Positions 1-8,570 of a stretch of 64,000 nucleotides of DNA are shown here, one piece after another. The stretch is taken from the sequence record OR258281.1; one strand, given 5' to 3'. How positions within the stretch are numbered: the first letter of the stretch is position 1; each line of letters opens with the position of its first letter. The notes beneath the pieces were generated by a model. The model searched no databases. It had not been told where the DNA came from and saw only the letters and a list, made by a program, of their open reading frames with translations. The position numbers and the translations under genes are program-made.

Positions 1-1
1 T

Positions 2-493
2 AAGAAAATCGTAATGGTTACACTGGCAGTACTGGCAATCTCTGCATGTGACGACAAAAAGCAACAGAATGTACAACAGCAGTACCCACAGAATCAACAG
101 GTGCAAAACCAGCAGTATCAAGATCAACAGCCACAGCAGGTATATGTACAGCAGCAGCCAGGACAGCAACCTGTAACTGTAATTAACCAGCAACCATCGC
201 ACGATAATGGTTTGGCAACTGCGGTGGTAGCAGGAGCAGCGGGTTATTACATGGGCCGGAACAGTAATAACTCAAATTATGATCGTAACCGTTATGATGA
301 CCGTGATCGTTCGTATAATAACCGTACTGTTAAGAACCGTACCGTAATTAATAACTATACAATTAATCAGGCTCCTAAACAGCAGAAGTCCAGTACTTAT
401 TACGGTTCAAGTTCAAAAAGTACTACATCCGTCTCAAGTTCTAGCTCTAAACCACGTAGTGTTTACAGCAAAGTATTCAACAAGAGACGTTAA
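2..493 (+). CDS. Putative lipoprotein with Gln/Asn/Ser-rich low-complexity segments, probably 5'-truncated
   Basis: The frame is open to the window edge (KKIVMVTLAVLAISA-C): basic N-terminus, hydrophobic stretch and lipobox-like Cys. Confidence 0.6.
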   Translation, partial: KKIVMVTLAVLAISACDDKKQQNVQQQYPQNQQVQNQQYQDQQPQQVYVQQQPGQQPVTVINQQPSHDNGLATAVVAGAAGYYMGRNSNNSNYDRNRYDDRDRSYNNRTVKNRTVINNYTINQAPKQQKSSTYYGSSSKSTTSVSSSSSKPRSVYSKVFNKRR

Positions 494-495
494 TT

Positions 496-915
496 ATGAC
501 TATTTTTAAAGTATGGCTAGTGTATGCTTTAATTCTAATAGGGTCTCTTTATGGTTGTTTTCATTTGATGCATAATGATCCAGATCGTATTGAACATCCA
601 TACACAATGAAGGTACTACGAATCATCCAGGAAGACCATAAATCAAGTACTAACTATCGCGGAGTATTTCAGATGGAAAGCGGTAAAGTAGTAGATTTTA
701 GTGTTACTGCGTCAGTATTCGTTAAGTACCAACCGGGTGATACTATTAGTTTTAACCTAAGTAACAGAGAACTAGGTATAGATAATAGTGAAAATAGTAC
801 CTATGCCTTTTTTGTTTTTATTTGGTGCTTTATTTTCGGATTTTTTGGTGCTGTATTAATAACTGAAAAAATTGAACCCAAAATTACAAGAAAACGACTG
901 TATAACAATAGATAA
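496..915 (+). CDS. Hypothetical membrane protein with two TM segments
   Basis: 139-aa ORF with N- and C-terminal hydrophobic helices, followed by a terminator. Confidence 0.6.
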   Translation: MTIFKVWLVYALILIGSLYGCFHLMHNDPDRIEHPYTMKVLRIIQEDHKSSTNYRGVFQMESGKVVDFSVTASVFVKYQPGDTISFNLSNRELGIDNSENSTYAFFVFIWCFIFGFFGAVLITEKIEPKITRKRLYNNR

Positions 916-918
916 CTT

Positions 919-949
919 AAAAAGGTACTCAAATTGAGTACCTTTTTTT
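919..949 (+). terminator. Rho-independent terminator
   Basis: aaaggtactc-aaatt-gagtaccttt followed by a T-run. Confidence 0.8.
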
Positions 950-967
950 ATTGGAGAAAATATAATA

Positions 968-2230
968 ATGAATCTGATTAAAGACTCTCGGGCATTAGTA
1001 ACTGTACGTACTATTAACAAAATTCTTCCTATTCCTGGTGCTGACTTTATTATGGAAGCACATATTGACGGATGGAGTTGTGTAGTAAAGAAAGATGAAT
1101 TCAAAGAAGGTGATTACTGTTTGTACTTCGAAATTGATTCATTCCTTCCGGCTAATGATCCTAAATTCCTGTTCCTTCGTAAAAATGGTGTAAAAACTGA
1201 TGATACTGGTGCAGAACGTATTCGTCTTCGTTCTATTAAACTTAAAGGTATCATTTCTCAAGGATTAGCACTTCCTTTAACGGTACTTGACGAACAAACA
1301 GTTCAAGAACTACTAATGGTAGTGGATTATAGTTCATATGATACTATTGATAATCATGCTATTGATGCAATGTATGAAGCACTGGAAACTGAACGTTATG
1401 GTATTGAAGAATTCCTGAACGTTACTAAGTACGAACGTCCAGACGAAAAGAATGGTGGTGCTGGTAATGCTAAAACTGCTGGTAATTTCCCATTAAGTAT
1501 TCCTAAAACCGACGAAGATCGTTTGCAGAACGTATATGGAACTCTTAGTACTCATTTTCAGGATGTTTATTTTCGTCCTAGTCTCAAGCTTGATGGTAGC
1601 AGTATTACTATTGGGTACTTCAGTGACCCGAGTTATTTCCTTACTAAGCTTGATGATGAAATGATTACGTACAATGAAGAAAAACAAGAACTAGAATGTA
1701 CTCCAATTCCATATCCTCATAATTATGGTACTTCTCAGGTAATTGTATGTTCACGTAATCTTGCGTTGAAGTACACACCTGAATCGCGGTTCTGGCAGGG
1801 AGTAAACAATAATGATCTTGCCACTCGCCTAAAAGAGTACTGTGAAGAATATGATGTACAACTTGCAGTACAGGGTGAACTAATGGGTCCGGGGATTCAG
1901 GGTAACCGTGAAAAACTGGAACAGTACGACATTTATGCATTCCGTATTTGGGATATTACTAATAAATGCTTCCTTGATGATAGTGAATTCATGGAGACAT
2001 GTACTAAATTGGGTATCAAAACTGTACCACAATATAATATTATTCAGCCTTTTATTGAGTACTCAAGCCTAAAAGAGTTTTTGGCTGCTTCTGATATTAA
2101 AAGTATCACGCATCCAATCGCTGAAGGTTTAGTATACAAGAGTATCAATAAAGTACTATATAAAGGTGTAATGCAAACACTGCACTTCAAAGTAATCAAT
2201 AATAAATTCCTACTGAAATGTGAGGATTAA
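968..2230 (+). CDS. ATP-dependent RNA ligase (DRB0094/Rnl2-like family)
   Basis: Nucleotidyltransferase motifs KLDG (motif I), QGELMGPGIQGN, EGLVYK and FKVINNKFLLK, plus the N-terminal extension typical of the family. Confidence 0.9.
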   Translation: MNLIKDSRALVTVRTINKILPIPGADFIMEAHIDGWSCVVKKDEFKEGDYCLYFEIDSFLPANDPKFLFLRKNGVKTDDTGAERIRLRSIKLKGIISQGLALPLTVLDEQTVQELLMVVDYSSYDTIDNHAIDAMYEALETERYGIEEFLNVTKYERPDEKNGGAGNAKTAGNFPLSIPKTDEDRLQNVYGTLSTHFQDVYFRPSLKLDGSSITIGYFSDPSYFLTKLDDEMITYNEEKQELECTPIPYPHNYGTSQVIVCSRNLALKYTPESRFWQGVNNNDLATRLKEYCEEYDVQLAVQGELMGPGIQGNREKLEQYDIYAFRIWDITNKCFLDDSEFMETCTKLGIKTVPQYNIIQPFIEYSSLKEFLAASDIKSITHPIAEGLVYKSINKVLYKGVMQTLHFKVINNKFLLKCED

Positions 2231-2232
2231 TT

Positions 2233-2457
2233 ATGTTAGTTACATATCTTGTGGTAGTAATGGGTGGTTATGCTAGTACTATTAACACAGTCCAAGTTCA
2301 ACCGTCTAAAGAAATTTGCGAAGCTGCTAAGACGATTCATTTAGAATTAGCACGACGAACACCAGCTTTTAGTTCTGAACGTGATATTAGTAAGCCTATC
2401 TTAGTTGAATGCAAAACTGTTGAAATACCTAAACCTTCAATGGAGTTAAAACCATGA
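2233..2457 (+). CDS. Small exported or membrane hypothetical protein
   Basis: Hydrophobic N-terminus, then S-K-E-I-C-E-A-A-K; similar layout to the next gene. Confidence 0.55.
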   Translation: MLVTYLVVVMGGYASTINTVQVQPSKEICEAAKTIHLELARRTPAFSSERDISKPILVECKTVEIPKPSMELKP

Positions 2458-2660
2458 TTAAAGTTATCTTTTTGGTGGCAGCTTTTTCTGGTCATAGTAC
2501 CAGTACTACAACTACTATGACACAAATGCCAGATATGGAAACATGTAAGAAAGCAGAACAAGTACTATACGATTTTAAACAAGAAAGAAAATCAACTTGG
2601 AGTGGTGCTTACCAGTTAGATGTTCAAGCACCTATTAAAACCAAATGCGTTGAATTATAA
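2454..2660 (+). CDS. Small exported or membrane hypothetical protein
   Basis: ATGA overlap with the previous gene; hydrophobic N-terminus, D-M-E-T-C-K-K-A and a C-terminal Cys. Confidence 0.55.
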   Translation: MIKVIFLVAAFSGHSTSTTTTMTQMPDMETCKKAEQVLYDFKQERKSTWSGAYQLDVQAPIKTKCVEL

Positions 2661-2669
2661 TTGTTACAC

Positions 2670-2696
2670 AAGGCACTCTTCGGGGTGCCTTTTTTT
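2670..2696 (+). terminator. Rho-independent terminator
   Basis: aaggcactc-ttcg-gggtgcctt followed by a T-run (UUCG loop). Confidence 0.85.
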
Positions 2697-2717
2697 ATAT
2701 AGTTTTGTAAAAACCTC

Positions 2718-2745
2718 TTGCATTCCCCGGCCCGTTTGATATTAT
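2718..2745 (+). promoter_or_regulatory. Sigma70-like promoter
   Basis: TTGCAT, 16-nt spacer containing TGn, then TATTAT, upstream of the HAD gene. Confidence 0.55.
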
Positions 2746-2782
2746 AAACACAACTTAAACGAAGTCTTAACGGGACAAAAAA

Positions 2783-3451
2783 ATGTCAATCAAACACCTG
2801 TCATTCGATGTATGGAACACCCTGATCACTCCTAACAAAGAATACGGTACTGAGCGTACTAAAGCTATTGCCCTTCATTTTGGCGTTACTGAGCAAGAAG
2901 CAAAAGACGCATATAAACAGTGTAAGAAGTTCCTTGATAACTGTGCTGAACTTGTTGGTTTCGGTATGTCATTAGAGAACAACTGGAAACTGTTAGAAAA
3001 AACTTTAGGTAAAAAAGATACCGATCTAAACGCTATCATCTCTGAATGTGATGAACTTTTCAAGGCGTATCAGCCAGCGTTTGATGATGAACTTAAAGAA
3101 GAACTGAAAGCATTAAAAGCAAAAGGATTTACTTTAAGTATCAAAAGTAATACCAATTTTATCAGTGGGAAAACACTGGCAACGGTACTATTCAATAGTT
3201 TAAATGTTTTCCAGTTCCAGCATTATTCAGATATGTTTGGTATTGCTAAACCTTCTATGAACTTTTATGTATTAAGTACTCATGAACTTTATAACAATCA
3301 CAATACACGTGATGTAGGTTGTACTAATATTTTACACATTGGTGATAATAAAATCACAGATGGTAAATGTATTGATATTGGTTGGAACTTTGAATATGTC
3401 AAAGGACCAGAAGAATTACTTCAGAAACTTAAAAATAACGAGATCGTATAA
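2783..3451 (+). CDS. HAD-superfamily hydrolase/phosphatase
   Basis: Motif I SFDVWNTL, motif II IKSNT, motif III AKP, motif IV HIGDNKITDG. Confidence 0.85.
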   Translation: MSIKHLSFDVWNTLITPNKEYGTERTKAIALHFGVTEQEAKDAYKQCKKFLDNCAELVGFGMSLENNWKLLEKTLGKKDTDLNAIISECDELFKAYQPAFDDELKEELKALKAKGFTLSIKSNTNFISGKTLATVLFNSLNVFQFQHYSDMFGIAKPSMNFYVLSTHELYNNHNTRDVGCTNILHIGDNKITDGKCIDIGWNFEYVKGPEELLQKLKNNEIV

Positions 3452-4266
3452 TGCGTAAAGACTACTCATACAGTGTTCATAAATTCAGTTCTCTGGAAAA
3501 CTGTTCTTTTGACCCTAAGATGTATTCATTTCTTAAATTTGGCTGCGATAAAGCTGCCCGAATGATGGGTTATGAACTGGCTGATTCGTTCTTTGCTGAT
3601 AATAAAAAAGAACTACTAGACCAGCGTTTAGTAGTAATTCCTTCTCCATATAATTATGTGAAGAACGCAGCAACAGTAATGTCAGAACACTTTGTTAACC
3701 GTTTGAATCATCATCTGGTACAAAATGGTTCTAATTCAGTCGAATGGGTAACTATTAATCGCAAAGTATCATATATCAAAGATTATGGTTTCCTTGATGC
3801 TGAGTCACGCCGTAAACTTATTGATGGCGACGAATTCTATTTCAGTACTGGATTCGTAGAAGGTAAAAAGCTTATTTTTATTGATGATGTATGCATTACT
3901 GGTACACATGAAGATAAATTAAAAGAAATTCTGGATAAGAACCACTTACAGAATGATTCATACTTCCTGTACTTTGCACAATATAATGGTTCACCGGGTA
4001 ATGCGAATATTGAAGGTGCACTTAACTTTAGTGGCGTAACTGGACTTGATGATTTTATTAAGCTAACTAAAGAAAAAGAACATCATGTAATTGTTCGTCC
4101 TATTAAGTACCTTATGGGTCAAGACCATTCGGTATTCAAAGATGTACTTGAACAATTACCACAGGAGTACTCAAAGAAATTATATAATGGTTGTTTGGCA
4201 GAAAACTATCATATGATAGATTCGTATAAAAACAATTTTGAGTACCTTAGTTCAAAATTTAATTAA
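3451..4266 (+). CDS. Type I phosphoribosyltransferase-like protein (resembles Ter-cluster PRTases)
   Basis: PRPP-binding loop LIFIDDVCITGTHE; translationally coupled to the HAD gene. Confidence 0.75.
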   Translation: MRKDYSYSVHKFSSLENCSFDPKMYSFLKFGCDKAARMMGYELADSFFADNKKELLDQRLVVIPSPYNYVKNAATVMSEHFVNRLNHHLVQNGSNSVEWVTINRKVSYIKDYGFLDAESRRKLIDGDEFYFSTGFVEGKKLIFIDDVCITGTHEDKLKEILDKNHLQNDSYFLYFAQYNGSPGNANIEGALNFSGVTGLDDFIKLTKEKEHHVIVRPIKYLMGQDHSVFKDVLEQLPQEYSKKLYNGCLAENYHMIDSYKNNFEYLSSKFN

Positions 4267-4270
4267 CAAC

Positions 4271-4296
4271 ATGGGATGCTAATGCATCCCATTTTT
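4271..4296 (+). terminator. Rho-independent terminator
   Basis: atgggatgc-taat-gcatcccat followed by a T-run. Confidence 0.8.
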
Positions 4297-4300
4297 ATTT

Positions 4301-4330
4301 TTGAAACGTTTTACGTATGTGTTCTATACT
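4301..4330 (+). promoter_or_regulatory. Recurrent phage promoter (TGAAAC-N17-TATACT)
   Basis: TGAAAC at 4302-4307 and TGTTC-TATACT ending at 4330; same layout at four other loci. Confidence 0.75.
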
Positions 4331-4390
4331 ATTCATACAATCAAGAAGTGAACAGCATCTAATCCAAATCCATTTCTGAAGGAAAAATAT

Positions 4391-5977
4391 ATGTCATTTA
4401 AGCAAGCAGTTAACAATTCACAATCATACGCTCCTAGCAATATTGCAAAAACCCATAACGGTGCTAATTCACTGAAAAGTACTAAGAATCCGGTTCTGGA
4501 CCTTTTTGCTATTGCTGCTGCTTTACGTGGAAAGCCATTCAATCAGTACGCTAGTACTTTTAATGCTGCATTTAACCACGATAAACGCCTCACTATGCAA
4601 CTTATTCTTTGGCTGCGTGATGTACGTGAGGGTGCCGGAGAACGTCAGACAGTGCGTGATATGCTTGTTTATATGCAGGATAACTATAAGCAAGATGCAC
4701 TTAAAATGATCCCAGTTCTTGCTGAATTTGGACGCTGGGATGACCTGTTAGTATTCACCGAATACGAATGTAAAGAACTGGCATACGATACCATTGTACA
4801 GGCTCTTAAATCCGGTAATGCACTTTGTGCTAAGTGGATGCCACGCCTGTATAAGATGAAAAAATCTAAAACAGTAACCAGTACTCAAACAATGCCAGGT
4901 ACATATGCACAGCCAGTTAAAACAACTACCGCTGTTGTGAATATGAACTCCCTATCTAACCAGAATCGTCGTAAGAATAATAAAATTGCTTATTCACTAA
5001 TGACCAAGTTGGGTATGAATGAAAAAGAGTACCGTAAACTTCTTTCTGGTTTAAGCAGTACGGTAGAACAGCAGATGTGTGCACGTGAATGGAATGCAAT
5101 TGAGTACTCAAAAGTACCTTCACTTGCAAGTACACGTTATCTGCCTGCATTCATGAAACATGATGAAACCCGGTATCGTGAATTCCTTGATGGTTTAGCT
5201 AAAGGTACTACTAAAATCAATGCATCAGTACTGTACCCATATGATGTAATGAAAAACCTAGTTGGTAGTCGTTATTCTAATCCAACTGCACAACAAGTAC
5301 AACTTGGTATTGCACAGTGGGACGGATTAAAGAATTTTATTGAAGATGCTAAAGTACTGCCTATGGTAGATACCTCAGCATCAATGAACCAGTATTCAAG
5401 TGGTGATACTGATCTAACCCCTAAATTTATGGCAGTATCATTAGGTTTATATATTGCTGATAAGCAGAAAGGTGCATTTAAAGATATGTTCCTGAACTTC
5501 AGTACTAAACCACAAGTTTTCCAGATCAAAGGTAATAATATTGCTGAAAAAGCATTTGATCTCGGTAATAACTATAATGGTCGTGAGTTTTGGGATGGAA
5601 GTACTAACTTAGTTGGTGCGTTTGATGAAGTACTTCGCATTGCAGTACAAAATAATCTTCCAGCAGAAGATATGCCTGATAGTATGATTGTATTCAGTGA
5701 TATGGAATTTAACAATAATAATTCTGCATGGGGTACTACTCCATTCAAGATAGTTAAATCTAAATTCGAACAAGCTGGTTATAACTTACCTAAAGTTATT
5801 TTCTGGAATCTGAATGGTCGTGCTGGTAACAATCCAGTTTCCAGTACTGATACTGGTGTAGTTATGGTAAGTGGATTCAGTACTAACGTATTGAAAACTG
5901 TACTTGGAGTACAAATAGCATCACCTGAACAGGCGATGATGGAAACAATTGATGTAGAACGTTATCAGGTATTCTGA
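4391..5977 (+). CDS. DUF2828-family (TROVE-like plus vWA) protein
   Basis: LWLRDVREGAGER, EFGRWDDL, CAKWMPR, VEQQMCAREW, YSKVPS, MIDAS-like MVDTSASM, VFSDMEF, IFWNL and VMVSGFS. Confidence 0.85.
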   Translation: MSFKQAVNNSQSYAPSNIAKTHNGANSLKSTKNPVLDLFAIAAALRGKPFNQYASTFNAAFNHDKRLTMQLILWLRDVREGAGERQTVRDMLVYMQDNYKQDALKMIPVLAEFGRWDDLLVFTEYECKELAYDTIVQALKSGNALCAKWMPRLYKMKKSKTVTSTQTMPGTYAQPVKTTTAVVNMNSLSNQNRRKNNKIAYSLMTKLGMNEKEYRKLLSGLSSTVEQQMCAREWNAIEYSKVPSLASTRYLPAFMKHDETRYREFLDGLAKGTTKINASVLYPYDVMKNLVGSRYSNPTAQQVQLGIAQWDGLKNFIEDAKVLPMVDTSASMNQYSSGDTDLTPKFMAVSLGLYIADKQKGAFKDMFLNFSTKPQVFQIKGNNIAEKAFDLGNNYNGREFWDGSTNLVGAFDEVLRIAVQNNLPAEDMPDSMIVFSDMEFNNNNSAWGTTPFKIVKSKFEQAGYNLPKVIFWNLNGRAGNNPVSSTDTGVVMVSGFSTNVLKTVLGVQIASPEQAMMETIDVERYQVF

Positions 5978-5984
5978 TTTATAT

Positions 5985-6010
5985 AAGGCCAACATTGTTG
6001 GCCTTTCTTT
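5985..6010 (+). terminator. Rho-independent terminator
   Basis: aaggccaac-att-gttggcctt followed by tcttt. Confidence 0.75.
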
Positions 6011-6022
6011 ATGGAGAAATAT

Positions 6023-6166
6023 ATGAAAAAAATGGTTCGGGATTCACTCTTTAGTGCGGCCTTGATGGTACGTACTTCATATGATATTAATCCAGTACAG
6101 ACATGTCTGTTAGTAATTGTCAGTACTATATTCTTAGGTTCTATTATTGGTATCTTCCTTGGATAA
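6023..6166 (+). CDS. Small membrane protein (47 aa, not in the ORF track)
   Basis: GGAGA Shine-Dalgarno, then MKKMVRDSLF...LLVIVSTIFLGSIIGIFLG*; fills the gap between terminator and next gene. Confidence 0.55.
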   Translation: MKKMVRDSLFSAALMVRTSYDINPVQTCLLVIVSTIFLGSIIGIFLG

Positions 6167-6169
6167 CAA

Positions 6170-6673
6170 ATGAAAGTCAAAACTTCATATTCTATTAGAA
6201 ATAAAACCACTGGACTTTATAGTACCGGTGGTGTTAGCCCTAAGTTTTCGCACAACGGTAAAGTATGGTCGCAGATTGGTCATGTAAAAGCACATTTACT
6301 AAAAATTACTGACCTTGAATTTTATAAGGATAGTGAGATTGTGGAAATGGTAGAAAAAGTAAATGAACCTAATGATTGTACTTTACAAAAATATCAGGAA
6401 CATGCCAGGTTAGTGCGTAATGATGACGGTGCGATTGGGTCATTGTTGCGTAATTTTGTTAAAACTGGTGCTTGTTATACTGATGAGCTACGTGATCTGA
6501 TTACAAATGAGAATCATCCGAAACGGGAACTGGCAGAGCGTTTTGTTCCTCATCAAATGATTGATAAGTTTGAAGTTTATCACAACAAGGGAATACGTGA
6601 TTGCACACCCGAGGAATTGGGTGCTATTATCTTGACAGCCACTGAGCGGCAGATTAAGATATATAAACTGTAA
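6170..6673 (+). CDS. Hypothetical protein
   Basis: 167-aa ORF with phage-like codon usage and co-directional packing. Confidence 0.65.
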   Translation: MKVKTSYSIRNKTTGLYSTGGVSPKFSHNGKVWSQIGHVKAHLLKITDLEFYKDSEIVEMVEKVNEPNDCTLQKYQEHARLVRNDDGAIGSLLRNFVKTGACYTDELRDLITNENHPKRELAERFVPHQMIDKFEVYHNKGIRDCTPEELGAIILTATERQIKIYKL

Positions 6674-6690
6674 CGCATATCCCAATGATT

Positions 6691-6698
6691 TATAAATA
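6691..6698 (+). promoter_or_regulatory. T4-like late promoter TATAAATA
   Basis: Exact T4 late consensus upstream of the lysozyme-HPF operon. Confidence 0.7.
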
Positions 6699-6818
6699 AA
6701 AAACATCATAGAAATATGGTTGGGGTCCAAGTAAGCTAGTACTTAGCTGTATGGACTAAAACATGTAGGCCATACGTGTACTAGCACTTGATAATAGTAA
6801 TTATGAAGTGGAGGTTCC

Positions 6819-7802
6819 GTGGAGATAGCTACACAAGGAACAAAAAACCCGAATGCTGTGTGTCTAGGGTTTATGATACTTGCGATGGCGATTGGAAATG
6901 TAATACATGGTTTCAACTTAAGTGATCGTACTGCGTCATTAGACTCAATAGAGTCAGCGGTACAGCAATCAGAATCTGAGCTACAGAAGATTCAACTGAA
7001 ATCAATTTCAAAGCCAGTATTGAAAATTCAAGATTCCCCGAAACAAATAAAGGAATCTGAACGAGTACAATATGAAGTGAAACTAGGTGATAATATTTGG
7101 GATATTGCCAAAATTATTAAACCTGAGAATGTTCTTATCAATGATTATGTAAGTATACTTAGTACTGTTAATAAAGGTAAAGTACTTTTACCTGGTGCTA
7201 TGATAGATGTACCTAATACAGAAGATTTGAAAGGCGTCTCACTTCCTAATGTAGATATTCTTTTTGAATTAAGCGATCCTGAGCTACTTTCAAATATCAA
7301 AGAAGCCGAAGGTACTATTCAATTACAATCAGTGATGAAGCGTAAGTTACTTGGTGGGAAATATGGTCCCGCTTTCCGTAATAAGAAGTTTTATCCTTAT
7401 CAAGATTCTCATGGTAACTGGACTATCGGGTACGGTCATTTCTTGGGTACTTCACGTGAAGTACAAAAAGCAAGAAAGTACAGTTCTGGTATTACAGTAC
7501 GTCAGGCAAATGAGTTTCTAAGTTCTGATATGGAATATGCGTACAATGATTTTGTACTCATGTTACAACAGAAAAAAGCAGTAGGTTTGCCACCAGACGT
7601 ACAGAAAGCTTTGTACGAAATGACCTTTAATATGGGTTCTGGTAAGGTAAAGGATTTTAAACGTATGTGGAAATCTCTTAACAAGGGAAATTACCTGAGA
7701 GCATCTAAGGAAATGAAAAATTCCGGCTGGGCTAAACAGGTAGGTGATAGAGCTACACGTATTGTGGATCTTGTTGCTGCCAGCCACATCAACAATTCGT
7801 AA
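6819..7802 (+). CDS. Endolysin-like muramidase: N-terminal hydrophobic anchor, LysM-like domain, T4-lysozyme (GH24)-like domain
   Basis: GTG start after GGAGGT. YEVKLGDNIWDIAK is LysM-like; EAEG...YQDSHGNWTIGYGH, EMTFNMG and WAKQVGDRATR match phage lysozymes. Confidence 0.85.
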   Translation: MEIATQGTKNPNAVCLGFMILAMAIGNVIHGFNLSDRTASLDSIESAVQQSESELQKIQLKSISKPVLKIQDSPKQIKESERVQYEVKLGDNIWDIAKIIKPENVLINDYVSILSTVNKGKVLLPGAMIDVPNTEDLKGVSLPNVDILFELSDPELLSNIKEAEGTIQLQSVMKRKLLGGKYGPAFRNKKFYPYQDSHGNWTIGYGHFLGTSREVQKARKYSSGITVRQANEFLSSDMEYAYNDFVLMLQQKKAVGLPPDVQKALYEMTFNMGSGKVKDFKRMWKSLNKGNYLRASKEMKNSGWAKQVGDRATRIVDLVAASHINNS

Positions 7803-7811
7803 GGGGAGTTT

Positions 7812-8201
7812 ATGGAAATTAGTGTTTACGGTCATAAAGTACAAGTAACGGATGCAATTAAGGAACATATTGATTCTCAGTTCAAAAAACTTGAGAAATT
7901 TGGTTCTTTTATTACTTCAATTAATGTAGTACTTGAAGTACGTAATGAAGAACATATTGCTAAATGTACGGTTAAAGTACCCCACCAGCATGACATTCAT
8001 GCGGAAAGTACCAGTACTGATATGTATAACAGTATCGATTCAGTAGTCACCAAAACAGAACAACAGTTGCGTAAGGTAAAAGGCATTATTGCCAGCAAGA
8101 CGCACACCAAAGACCCTTCAGCCAAGCTACAAGCTGCTATGAATGAAGCAGATGATATTGCTGACAATCATCGAACATATGACGATGATGAAGACGAATA
8201 A
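7812..8201 (+). CDS. hpf: Ribosome hibernation promoting factor (HPF/RaiA, S30Ae family)
   Basis: ISVYGHKVQVTDAIKEHIDSQFKKL...DMYNSIDSVVTKTEQQLRK matches the short HPF fold; acidic tail. Confidence 0.9.
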   Translation: MEISVYGHKVQVTDAIKEHIDSQFKKLEKFGSFITSINVVLEVRNEEHIAKCTVKVPHQHDIHAESTSTDMYNSIDSVVTKTEQQLRKVKGIIASKTHTKDPSAKLQAAMNEADDIADNHRTYDDDEDE

Positions 8202-8209
8202 TTAAAACT

Positions 8210-8237
8210 AAGGACAGTACTTGCTACTGTCCTTTTT
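8210..8237 (+). terminator. Rho-independent terminator
   Basis: aaggacagta-cttgc-tactgtcctt followed by a T-run. Confidence 0.85.
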
Positions 8238-8257
8238 ATTTTCATAGGATTCAAATA

Positions 8258-8431
8258 ATGATTACTAAATTAAAGACAATTGATGAATTTACTAAAGAAG
8301 AATTATTTAAATTCTATGAGGAAATTCGCACACAAGAAACTTATGTCTTCAATGGTGATTCTGTAGTACCTAACGAACACCTTCTTGATGATATTGAATA
8401 CTTAGTAAAAGATATGGAAAAGCAAAAATGA
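8258..8431 (+). CDS. Small hypothetical protein (57 aa, not in the ORF track)
   Basis: AGGA upstream; MITKLKTIDEF...EKQK*; ATGA overlap with the next ORF. Confidence 0.55.
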   Translation: MITKLKTIDEFTKEELFKFYEEIRTQETYVFNGDSVVPNEHLLDDIEYLVKDMEKQK

Positions 8432-8568
8432 TCCTAGTACTTGAAGAAAATTGGGGAGTTAGTGACCAAGGTACTGATGATTATATCTTCCCTGAATATT
8501 CAGACTCTGAATCTTCTTGGTACGATAGACTTAAAAAATTTATTGGTGATATTCTATTCGGGAGTTAA
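8428..8568 (+). CDS. Small hypothetical protein (46 aa, not in the ORF track)
   Basis: Coupled ATGA start; MILVLEENWG...ILFGS*; ends 2 nt before cca. Confidence 0.5.
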   Translation: MILVLEENWGVSDQGTDDYIFPEYSDSESSWYDRLKKFIGDILFGS

Positions 8569-8570
8569 AG

